DNA of 64,000 nt from NCBI RefSeq assembly GCF_018350175.1, contig NC_058368.1, positions 99,078,001 through 99,142,000 on the forward strand, written 5' to 3'. The position numbers and the translations under genes are program-made. This stretch comes from Felis catus (lineage: Eukaryota). Numbering within the stretch: the first letter of the stretch is position 1; every line of letters begins with the position of its first letter. Below are positions 1 through 10,614 of this stretch, in pieces. Below the pieces are notes generated by a model, which saw nothing but the letters and a program-made list of their open reading frames with translations, had not been told where the DNA came from and did no database searches.

Positions 1-188
1 CGAGAATAAACGTTGTTGATTAGAATCAATCCAATTATTATTTTCAACTTTACTAGTTGAATTAGTATTATACTAATTCAAGCTGATTTAAATAAGAAAT
101 TCAGAAGATCAAGTGAAAACATGCCAATGGAAAACCCTAAGTTTCGGTGGATCCCTGATTAAGAAACTGAAGACCAAAGTGTAAAAAA

Positions 189-345
189 AATCAACATATA
201 TATATGTTGATTATATATATTATGATCATATATATATGATATACATATGATATATATTATATATAATATATATCATATGTATATCATATATATGATATAT
301 ATTATATATATAATTTTTATATATATTATATATAATTTTTTAACA
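189..345. repeat. AT-rich low-complexity tract with perfect palindromes
   Basis: Perfect palindromes at 189-212 (AATCAACATATA|TATATGTTGATT) and 230-293 (64 bp), followed by a short direct duplication of TATATATATTATATATAATTTTT. Confidence 0.9.
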
Positions 346-832
346 TTCATATTTTAGGCAGCTATGATTATATGATTTTTAGATTGAGTAACATTAGAAA
401 TTATTGATTATTTGTTACTAACAGATTCGAATTCTATTTCCTAAGGGCATTTCTTTCACATATATGTTGGATATATATTTGGATCCAATATATATTGGAT
501 ATATATTTAGGTATAGTTTTATAATGGGGTTTGGAGAGCATTAGAGTAGAAATGTCGGAAAAATATACTAGCCAATGGCATACCTTTTGGCCTTGTTAGT
601 TTTTGCTAAAATTATTAGTAAAATATTTTACAAAATGTGCTAAAAATAAATCATGCCTGTGCATTATGAAAATCATCTTCTTGTCCTGAATTGAATTGAC
701 CATAAAGACATAAACTGTAAGTATTTAGGCTGTGTTGGAAAAAATCTGATCTGTGCTGTCTCTTAGAAATGGTTTTCATGTGTGTTAAAAATGATTCTGT
801 GGAGTATGTTTGTGCATTTCAACAAAATAGTG

Positions 833-1056
833 TTTTTTTTTTTTAATTTTTTTAATGTTCATTTATCTTTGAGAGAGAGATAGAGTGTAAGTTGGGGAGC
901 GGCCGAGAGAGAGGGAGACACAGAATCCAAAGCAGGCTCCAGAATCTGAGCTGTCAGCACAGAGCCTGATGCGGGGCTTGAACTCATGAGCCAATTGTAA
1001 GATAATGACCTGAGCTGAAGTCAGACACTTAACCGACTGAGCCACCCAGGTGCACC
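833..1056 (-). mobile_element. CAN-SINE (SINEC)
   Basis: Reverse complement of the GGTGCACCTGGGTGGCTCAGTCGGTTAAG head, (CT)n region and A-tail. Confidence 0.95.
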
Positions 1057-1071
1057 AAAATAATATATATA

Positions 1072-1276
1072 TTTTTTAATGTTTATTTTTGAGAGCCAGA
1101 GAGAGAGCATGAACAGGGGAGGAGCAGAGACAGAGGGAGGCACTGAACTCTAAGCAGGCTCCAGGCTCTGAGCTGTCAGCACAGAGCCCGACACGGGGCT
1201 CGAACATCGCAAACCATGACATCATGACCTGAGCCAAAGTCTGATGCTTAACTGACTAAGCTACCCAGGTGCCCCC
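1072..1276 (-). mobile_element. CAN-SINE (SINEC)
   Basis: Second SINE directly adjacent to the previous one; head GGGGCACCTGGGTAGCTTAGTCAGTTAAG on minus. Confidence 0.95.
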
Positions 1277-2861
1277 AAAATAGTATTTTTAAAGAACATA
1301 TCCCATTGCCTGCAACACAGTGATTGCTTAAGGAAAGTGGCAATTCTTTCTCTCTGTGTTTATGTCTCTGTCTCTCTCTTTTAGTTCTTCTTTCTCCTTC
1401 TCTTGCTGGCTCCGTCTCTGATTTTCTCATTCTTTGGTCTCTTGAGCGTGCATATGCCTCGGATTCTCTCTCTGACTTTGTTTCCCTTTCTTTTTCGAAC
1501 TGAATTAGAAGATCTGGTTTCTAGTCTTGGTTTCATAAGCTTGTGATATTTTAGGTTGGAGCTCAAAATAAATTGGCTTTTGAAACTCTTGGGGACATTC
1601 AATCTCAGTAAAATTCCAAGAAGAGAAGGACATATTGCAAATTCTAATTCATTTGTAGGCCTCCCACTTCCCTATTCCCTGTTTGCCCACTCTTAAAAAC
1701 CAGTTACATTATCTAATTCAGCTTTTACCTAATTCAATGAAAAAGATTACCAGAAGTTTATTTTATTGTATACAAAGCAGTGATTTAATTTCTCTGAGGA
1801 ATGATGGTTAATAATTTATCCTCTAAAAAGGAACAATATAGAAAGTCAATATAGCAGTGCATATTTATGAATTTTTACGTAAATAGCTTAAAGAACTGTG
1901 TAAAACAGGCTGCAGAAAATAATAAATCAACCATTTAAACATCTCAGAGACAGACAAATCAAGTAAGAAATAATAATAAAAGATATCTGAGACAAGAGCA
2001 ACAGAATGAATAGAACCTTGAATTATTAATTGTAAAAGCACCTATACTAAATAAACTAGGACATTTATAAAACAGACTGTGGATAGGCTAGTAAAAAACC
2101 TGCGTGATCCATGGTATCAATATTATACACAAAAAATTCTTCAGTTATGATGCAATGCAATTAAGATTTAATAACACAAAGCTATATTAAAAATTCAGTA
2201 TGCTTAGAAATCAAATGATATATTCTTAAATAATTTGCATTAAATGAAAATTAGAACACTAGAGAAGATTACAAAACTAAAAGCTATTTCATAGAAAAAA
2301 TTGATATAATTTTGAAAATTAGATGAAAAATTTCTACAAAACTACAAACTGCTGAACTTAAAACAGGAGAAAATAAAACATGAAGACAGGTAAACAATAA
2401 AGATAGTATTCAAAACTTCGTGACCATAAGTATCCAAGGTCTGTTTTTATAGGAATTCTGTTAATCTGTCCACACAAACTTGAGGAAAAGAGAAAAAGGA
2501 AACCTTCCAAAGTTATTTAAGGAGACTATTGTAATCTTAATCCCAGTAGATAAAGAGGAAGAGAAAAGTATTGGCTCTTCTTATAATTATATGTGAAAAA
2601 TTTGAAACAAGGCAAGAGCTAGATAAAATAAAGATGTATTTTATAATACATAATGATCAAGTAATAATTACATAAGTTACAACATGATTTAACATCAGAA
2701 ATTCTATCATTATAATTCGTATAACTCCATTTATGTGTTAATGATTTCTAGGAAGAAAACTCTTTGATATCTTTAGATGCAGAAAATTCTTCAGTAATGT
2801 TTTGGTAAAAACCCTTCATAAATTAGGGATACTTGGGGACTGATAATTATTAAATGTATTT

Positions 2862-3107
2862 TTATTTTTTTTATTATTTTTTTATTATTTTTTTAATTTT
2901 TTTTTCAACGTTTATTTATTTTTGGGACAGAGAGAACAGAGCATGAACGGGGGAGGGGCAGGGAGAGAGGGAGACACAGAATCTGAAACAGGCTCCAGGC
3001 TCTGAGCCATCAGCCCAGAGCCTGACGCGGGGCTCGAACTCACGGACCGCGAGATCGTGACCTGGCTGAAGTCGGACGCTTAACCGACTGCGCCACCCAG
3101 GCGCCCC
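2862..3107 (-). mobile_element. Young felid CAN-SINE (SINEC_Fc-type)
   Basis: Near-consensus with CpGs retained (GGGGCGCCTGGGTGGCGCAGTCGGTTAAGCGTCCGACTTCAGCCAGGTCACG). TSD AAATGTATTT at 2852-2861 and 3108-3117. Confidence 0.97.
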
Positions 3108-3136
3108 AAATGTATTTGTTTTTATATTATATAAGG

Positions 3137-3139
<3 letters not shown>

Positions 3140-3170
<31 letters not shown>
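3140..3170. repeat. (TG)n microsatellite
   Basis: Direct observation. Confidence 0.95.
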
Positions 3171-3173
<3 letters not shown>

Positions 3174-3924
3174 ATTGTACATATGTGTGGGCATATTCCT
3201 ATAAAAACATATTCCTAATAAATATATCTAAAAACATATAAAATACATTTTTTCCCATTAAGTTCAATGATTGCTAAAAATCTACCACAAACATTATACC
3301 TACTGAAAACATTTAGATGCTCTTTTTAAAATATAGGTCAAGATTAGGACATTTGCTAGCACAACTACTGTATAATATAGTATTTGATATCTTGATCAAT
3401 GCTCTGAGAATAAGTGTTAGGAATTGACAGAGAAAAGATAAAATTGGGATTTGGGGCACATTAAGTGGTTATGTACCTAAAAACAACAACAATGACCGTA
3501 AATAACGATCAGCAAAGTATTTGGACTAATAAGGGTTAGTTTTCAACACGGTTGTCGGTAAAGTACAAACATAATAAAATCAATAGCATCCCTCTCCAAA
3601 CCAGTTATAGCCAACTATAAATAATACACTTTTCAGAAAATTCACAAAAACTAATGTGTATTTAGGTCTTAACTAAAGCTACATGAGAAATCTATGGAAA
3701 AATTTTGAAGTTAATAACATAGAAAATGATCTGGGTAAGTGGAAAGATGTGCCTGTCCTTTAATCAAGAACAATATATATTCTTAGAATACTTAAATTAA
3801 TTTTATTATTAATTACTTTGACCAATATCATGCAAACCCCCAGTTGGATACTTCTGTGAACTGTGATAAATTTAAATATAAATGGAAGGATAAAGGTTAA
3901 CAGGTAGTCAAATATAATCTTCAA

Positions 3925-4080
3925 CCTTGCCACTTAAAGTGTGGTTCTTGGACAGGCCTCATCATCATTATCATTACCATCTAAGAGTTTACGGAAAATA
4001 TAGACTTTGGAGACTCACCTCAAACCCAGTAGGTCAGAATGTGTATTGTATCAAGGTCCCCAAGTGATTTGTATGCATGT
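3925..4080. mobile_element. MER5A-like hAT-Charlie MITE
   Basis: Motifs AAAGTGTGGTTCTTGGAC...CAGAATGTGTATTGTATCAAGGTCCCCAAGTGATTTGTATGCA resemble the MER5A/MER5A1 consensus. Confidence 0.7.
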
Positions 4081-4081
4081 G

Positions 4082-4085
<4 letters not shown>

Positions 4086-4124
<39 letters not shown>
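4086..4124. repeat. (TG)n microsatellite
   Basis: Direct observation. Confidence 0.95.
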
Positions 4125-4285
4125 TTTACTATAGTAGAGATTACTACAAATCAGTAAGAAAAATATAAATATCTCAACATAGAATTGCAAAAATTTGGAC
4201 CAGGAACTTACAGAAGAAGCCTAAAAAAATCACTAGTGTTATAAGGAGAGGCTCATGTTCATTGGTAAATACAAAAAATGAAAAA

Positions 4286-4689
4286 TTTTTTGCACACATC
4301 TACCTTTATTGTGAGCAGCTGGTGAGGGCGCTCCCAGCAGTAGTAAAACAATCAGTTTACCAAAGCAGGGGTTCCATGAAGCCACCTGATTGGAACCTTT
4401 GAGAGTTCAGATGTACATGCTGACCCAGAGCAGCAGGAAGGGGACTCCAAATCCCATGAGGAGCAAGGCCACCAAAGAGATGAGGAACTCTTTGTAGATA
4501 TCCAGAGTGCACTTGGGGGAGGTAACCTTGCAAATGAAGAACCAGAGGGTAAAGAATATGCTAGCAGCCAATAGCACTGTGGTCAGGTGGGGGAAGAGAG
4601 CCAGTTTCACTGGGCTGGTATATCTACTCATGGCCTCGAGCTCCATTTTGCCAGGAGCAAGGTAATCCATTGCTCCACCTCTGGAATAG
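4286..4689 (-). pseudogene. TMEM258: Processed (retro)copy of TMEM258 (OST subunit); intact 79-codon ORF at 4407-4646
   Basis: Translation [21 protein letters not shown]...[15 protein letters not shown] is colinear with TMEM258 ([21 protein letters not shown]...GFGVLFLLLWVGIYV). Intronless; AATAAA on minus at 4305-4310; poly(A) remnant 4286-4291; TSD AAAAAATGAAAA at 4273-4284 and 4690-4701. Confidence 0.95.
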
Positions 4690-5089
4690 AAAAAATGAAA
4701 ATTACATAAAGAGATATCATTCTAGATACATTTGGGCATGGATCATGCCACATGTTTGGCAGAACATAAACAACAGGAATCTTTACCTTCTGTGGTGGGA
4801 ATGTGATGGCTGCAGGAGTCCTGGAAGGCACTGAAGCAGTACTTAGTAAAATTAATGCTCTCTGAGCCAGCAATCCCAGTCCTGGTCATGAACCTTAAAG
4901 TTTACAAAGGAATGCACACAGATTGATTCGTGCAATGTTGCTTGTGGTACCAGCAAGCTACAGACTTTCTGGGCATCCATAATTTCAGTACTAAATAAAC
5001 ACACATGTTGAAAACAACATGCTTTGTAGGAAAGTAAAAGTAGCTCTAGAACACAGTGTACTGTTTCTGTAAGTTAAGAAGGTAAGAAC

Positions 5090-5827
5090 ACGTGTTTATT
5101 AGCCATCTGACTACCTTCTTTGGAAAAATGTCTATTCATGTCTTCAGCCCATTTCTTAACTGGATTATTTGCTTTTTTGGGGGGAGCGGTGTTGAGGTTG
5201 ATAAGTTCTTGATAGATTTTGGATACTAATCCCTTATCCGGTATGTAATTTGCAAATACCTCTTCCATTCCATAGGCTGCCTTTTAGTTTTGTTGATTGT
5301 TTCCTTTGCTGTGCAGAAGCTTTTTATTCTGATGAAGTAGTTCAGTTTTGCTTTTGTTCCCTTGCTTCCAAAGATGCGTCTGGTAAGAAGTTGCTGTGGC
5401 TGAGGTCAGAGAGGTTGCTGCCTGTTTTATCCTCTAGGATTTCAATGGTTTCCTGTCTCACATTTAGGGCTTTCCCCATTTTGAATTTATTTTTGTTTAT
5501 GGTATAAGAAAGTGGTCCAGGTTCATTCTTCTGCATGTCGCTGTCCAGTTTTCCCAACACCATTTGTTGCAAAGACTGTCTTTTTTTTCCATTGGATAGT
5601 CTTTCCTGCTTTGTCAAAGATGAACTGACCAGATAGTTGTGGGTCCATTTGTGGGTTTTCTATTCTGTTCCACTGATCTGTGTGTCTGTTTTTGTGCCAG
5701 TACCATACTGTCTTGATGGCTGTAGCTTTTCACTATAGCTTGAAATCTGGAATTGTGATGCCTCTAGCTTCACTTTACCTTTTCAAGATTGCTTTGGCTA
5801 TGTGGGATCTTTTGTGTTTCCATACAG
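5090..5827 (-). mobile_element. Carnivore LINE-1, inverted 5' segment (ORF2 C-terminal region)
   Basis: Minus ORFs give ORF2 peptides: [50 protein letters not shown]. Confidence 0.95.
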
Positions 5828-6582
5828 ATACTACCTCACACCTGTCAGAATGGCTAAAATTAACAATACAGAAAACAAGTAATGTTGGCAAGGATGTAGA
5901 GAAAGGGGAACCTTCTTACACTCTTGATGGGAATACAAACTGGTACAGCCACTCTAGAAAACAGGATGGAGTTTCCTCAGAAAGTTAAAAATATAACTAC
6001 CTTATGACCTAGCAACTGCACTACTAGGTACTTATCCAAGGGATACAAAAATACAGATTCAAAGGGTCACATGCAACCCAGTGTTTATCACAGCATTATC
6101 AACAATAGCCAAATTATGGAAAGAACCTAAATGTCCATTGACTGATGAATGGGTAAAGAAGATTCCATTAATATTACTCAAAAAGAATGAAATCCTGCTG
6201 TTTGCAAAGACATGGAAGGAGCTAGAGTGTATTATGTTAAGTGAAGTAAGTCAGAGAGATACAAATACCATATGATTTTCCTCATATGTGGAGTTTATAA
6301 AACAAAACAGATGAGCACAAGGGAAGGGAAAAACAAAAGAGAGAGGCAAACCATAAAAGATTCTTAACTACAGAGAACAAACTGAGGGTTGATAGAGGGA
6401 GGTGGATGGGGGTGGACTAGATGAGCGACGGGCATTAAGGAGGACACTCGTTGGGATGAGCATTAGGTGTTATATGTAATTAGTGAATCACTAAATTCCA
6501 CTCCTGAAACCACTATTACACTATATACTAAAATTTAAGTAAAAACTTGAAATATTAAAAAAGTAAAATTAAATTTAAAAAA
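5828..6582 (+). mobile_element. Carnivore LINE-1, 3' end of ORF2, 3'UTR and A-tail
   Basis: [14 protein letters not shown] and FITALSTIAKLWKEPKCPLTDEWVKK are ORF2 C-terminal motifs; carnivore L1 3'UTR and A-rich tail follow. Confidence 0.95.
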
Positions 6583-6977
6583 TAAGGTAGTAGGAACAAA
6601 AACTATTTAATGTATGAGGCCACACAGAAAAGAAGTATATACATCAAATACCTTGGAATAGTTTATACTTTTAGGGAGATATGGAATGGGATTGGGGCAT
6701 AGGTGGAATCTACCAAATAATTGAATTGAGGAAGGGACTAATGGTAATAATCTTCCATGAATTAAGGTGCATAATTCTAGAAGAGAGAGGGAGGCAGAAA
6801 CAATATAAATTATAAGAATTTTATTATGCAAACTGTAATGCAATTATATAAAATGTGAAAGTCAGTGGTCTCCATATTCAAGAGTTTTGAGGTCTTACAT
6901 CATCTGGTGCAATAATATAATGCTTAGGAAGTATATAATGCTTGGAAGTGATCTTTCTCTTGAGCATTTTAATACAT

Positions 6978-7188
6978 CTTTTTAAAAAATTTTTATAATT
7001 TTTATTTTGGAAAGAAAGAGAACATGAGTGGGGGAGGGGCAGAGAGAGAGGGAGACAGAATCCAAAGGAGGCTCCAGCCTCTGTGCTGTCAGCCCCAGAG
7101 CCTGACAGGGCATTCGAACTCATGAACTGTGAGATCATGATCTGAGCTGAAGTTGGATGCTTCACTGACTGAGCCACCCAGGCGCTCC
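6978..7188 (-). mobile_element. CAN-SINE
   Basis: SINE body with perfect 15-bp TSD AGCATTTTAATACAT (6963-6977, 7190-7204). Confidence 0.95.
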
Positions 7189-7314
7189 TAGCATTTTAAT
7201 ACATTCTCAGTGCATTAATATTTAGCACTCTAATCACAGGAAAACTTTTGAGAGCCATGGTTTTGCTAACATAACCTCTATAAAAATTTAAATTTTGTTG
7301 AGTGCAGTGACACC

Positions 7315-7630
7315 ACAGTTTGCAAACTGAAGGATGAAGGGTCAAGTTGGAGTAACAGATGTGTTTTGTCTGTCCTATATGGTATTCTAAATATTGTAAG
7401 TAATCACTAAGACTTAATAATCATTAACTTTCACGTAGGAGTCAAGATTTGTGGCTTTTCTTTAGCAAATTCCAGTGCTGGCAACACTGGCCCTCTGTTT
7501 TTATGTGATGAAGCCTTGGTAGATGCCGGGGAGCAACTTCGGTCTGAATTGGAACCATGTATTCTCCAGCATATCCTTGCCTGATGCACTATGTATGTGC
7601 ATTTGTATCAGCCATCCAGCTCCTGCTGAC
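7315..7630. mobile_element. Old hAT-Charlie MITE (MER102/MER103-like)
   Basis: Motif TTTCACGTAGGAGTCAAGATTTGTGGCTTTTCTTTAGCAAATTCCAGTGCTGGCAACACTGGCCC; family assignment from recall. Confidence 0.45.
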
Positions 7631-8758
7631 AGTTAATTTGGTGAGGCCTTAAGCATGGAACATGCCCCAAGGCTCAGCAAAGAGGATTCTCTTTCATCAT
7701 GTCCAGACTGTCTCAGACTTAACTGCCACATCTCTCACTTTTATTCTTCCACAAACCTTTAGGTTGATTACATGGGGGTCCTTCTGTCCTGCTTCTGCTT
7801 ATACTCAGGTGGTTTTTAAATCCTACTGCCCACCAGTGAACTTCTGTCCTGTTGAATTTAATCTTGCCATTGCCCTTCTCAGACTGTGTTTGCTTTAGAT
7901 ACGTTGAAATCTTTTCTTTCCCCTTTTTCGATCTCATATAAGTGCCAACAATACTATCTGTCAGACTGATGGGTAGAAAACACTAAAACCATATTTTTAT
8001 AGTGTTGAGTGTGGCAACACTTGTCTCACTTAAATATAGGTCAATACGATGTCTTATGTAAGTTAACAAAATATTCCCAGTCTTACCTCCTCTTAAATCT
8101 GTATTTATCCAGTTCTTATCCTGGGTGCTCTAGTTTTAAGAATGCTATCAATTTTATTAAGTATTATTAATGATGGTTATTAAAAGGATTTTTTTTCTAT
8201 ATGTCTGTTTTTATGTATACCATTTGACCATTTATTCAACAATTTGAAACACCTTCTACGTGCTTAGCGTGACTTAGGGATGTCTATGGAAATAATGCCT
8301 TTGCTGTGCTTACAGAGCATAGAGAAAAGAGTAGGAAACAATGTGCGAAAGCCTACACAGGCAGGGTAGTATGTGAAACATAGAGTGGTTGTTTCTTCCC
8401 ATAGGGACTGACTAAGGAATTGAAAGAGAAAGTTTTCATAGGTTCAGGGAGGAAGTGACTAACCAAGATCTGTTTTCTGCCCCTCATTAACCCTGGGTCT
8501 GGCTCCCTTACTTGCTTTCTTTATTACTTAATTTTACTCATTTTTTTTTCATTTGATTAAAATGACTTTGGAGTGCATAAAACATTGCAATAATGTAATG
8601 AACGGCATTACTTTTGTTAAAGCACTTGTAGAGAAAAAAAAAAGAAAACAAACAACTGCATATATAGCTGTTTTCACCACCTAACTTTAATAAAAGGGAT
8701 AATTACGTTGGCCTTGGAAAATAACAAGATTTCTATGTAGTTTCCATCACGTAAGGGA

Positions 8759-8966
8759 TTTTTTTTTAAATTTTAATGTTTTATTTATTTTTGAGAAGGA
8801 GAGTGCAAGCAGGGGAGGGACAGAGAGAGCAGGAAAGAAGATGTGAAGCCGGCTATGCACAGAGAGTGGCAAGCCCAATAGGGGGCTTAAACTCAGGAAC
8901 TTCAAGATCATGACCTGAGCCATAGTCACACACTCAACCAACCGACTGAGCCACCAAGGCGTCCCA
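8759..8966 (-). mobile_element. CAN-SINE
   Basis: SINE head, body and tail on minus; short TSD GGGATTT. Confidence 0.93.
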
Positions 8967-9275
8967 GGGGATTTCTTATTCTCTATTATTAACTCTCCCA
9001 ATAAAAGTCTTCTCCAGTCCCTGTGAGTTACTTTGTTTAAGCATCTGCTGCATTGGTGCACAGGGTATGAGGCAATTTTAGCAGGACCCAGGGAGATTCT
9101 TTTTGTCTCTTTTTTCAGCCATCAATGTATTTTAACATCCATTATAAAAAAAAATATGTTGCGATTCAAACATACAGTTTTGTAGAAAGAATGGTGTCAG
9201 GTCAGACTGAAGTCCATGACTAAGTAAAAAATTGGAAAAGCGATAGTACGTGAACAGCCTCAGAAGAGGCATTTA

Positions 9276-9299
9276 ATTTTTTTTTTTAACATTTATTTA
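9276..9299 (-). mobile_element. Extremely 5'-truncated SINE tail
   Basis: Minus reads TAAATAAATGTT-A(n), flanked by 14-bp TSD AGAAGAGG(C/T)ATTTA at 9262-9275 and 9300-9313. Confidence 0.75.
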
Positions 9300-9667
9300 A
9301 GAAGAGGTATTTAGAAATGGAAAAGCTCTGAGGGTAGATCTTAGTGACTAACGTTCAAAAAATTCTGGAGTAGGTGCTTTTTATGATCATTTTGAACCTC
9401 AACATTCAGTGCTTTTATGAAATATCTTTCCTTATGGGAAACCCTGAAACTTCTCAGAGACTGAAGTGTCCAGTGAGGTATGGCAAGAAATCCACATGAA
9501 GTTATACTAAGGATGCTCAGAAGTTTGCCTCAGGTATAAATTAAGTCCCTTGGGATAATGAACGTGGCCCTTAGGACATGCATTTACTTCTGCAGGACAG
9601 GAGGTTTCAGTTGATGATGAGCGAAAGTAAACTAGAATGGCTGGAGGATAAGAAAGATTCCCTGTTA

Positions 9668-9785
9668 GGAGTACCTGGCTGGCTCATTCAGAAGAACAGG
9701 TGACTCTTGATCTCTGGATAATGAGTTCGAGCCCCACATTGGGTGCAGAGATCACATACATACATACATACACAAACAAAGTTAA
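9668..9785 (+). mobile_element. Short CAN-SINE (older subfamily without CT region)
   Basis: GGAGTACCTGGCTGGCTCATTCAG...GAGTTCGAGCCCCACATTGGGTGCAGAGATCAC with (TACA)n tail; TSD AGATTCCCTG on both sides. Confidence 0.88.
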
Positions 9786-10217
9786 AGACAGATTCCCTGA
9801 AGTGACATTGAAGCTTCTGGGAAATCTCTCACCACACAGCTGAGTTCCTAATACAGGTCATACTAGAAGAAACACAAAATCATCTTTTTGTCCCTTTGGT
9901 AGACAGTGGTTTGCAAATCATTATCTTTTGAGGAAACTTGCAAAGAATAAAGAACACAAAGAAATAGGAAAAGCATAGGAGTGTATCAAGCAGTCATTTA
10001 ATACAAAAGTTTTGTGTGTGGATTTGTGTGACATTTGTGAGTTTTTGAAGTGGTAATTTTTTGTGATGTTTTCTTTATTCAAAATCAGTGTTTACTCTTG
10101 TGCTTAGTTTTTTGAGGGATTTTCTAAAGATTAATATATTGTTCACATGATAAACACATCTGTGAGATAAATTCAGTGATTTCCCTAGGAGGAAGAGCAC
10201 GGGATGGGCCTTCTTCC

Positions 10218-10353
10218 CTTTTAGTTTTTTTATTGTTTTTTGTTTTTTGTTTTTTTAATGTATGTTTATTTTGAGAGAGAACATGAGCAGGAGAGGAGCA
10301 GAGAGCGAGGGAGGGAGGGAGGGAGGGAGGAAGGAAGGGAGAGAGAGAGAGAC

Positions 10354-10384
<31 letters not shown>

Positions 10385-10519
10385 ATCCCAAGCAGGCTCC
10401 ACACTGTCAGTGCAGAGCCTGATGTGTGCCTTGTTCTCATGAACTGTGAACTGTGAGATCATGGCCTAAGCTGAGATCAAGGGTCAGATGCTTAACTAAC
10501 TGAGCTACTCAAGTGCCCC
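10218..10519 (-). mobile_element. CAN-SINE with expanded purine tract
   Basis: SINE body; (GGGA)n/(GA)n expansion at ~10307-10384. Confidence 0.93.
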
Positions 10520-10614
10520 ATTTTTTTAAGTAGTTCTTTTATCTTTTATCTATACATGGTCTTAATAGAAAATTAAAATCTTTATTACTTATACCTAGCT
10601 TAAAAATGTTAAAA

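Larger units (their letters stand above)
1860..6860 (+). mobile_element. Ancient, heavily decayed LINE-1 (L1M-type) ORF2/3' remnant hosting several younger insertions
   Basis: A-rich strand with degraded ORF2-like motifs in L1 order (e.g. AAATCAATAGCATCCCTCT ~3577, CTACAAATCAGTAAGAAAAA ~4144). Interrupted by a SINE, MER5, the TMEM258 copy and a younger L1. Boundaries approximate. Confidence 0.6.
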
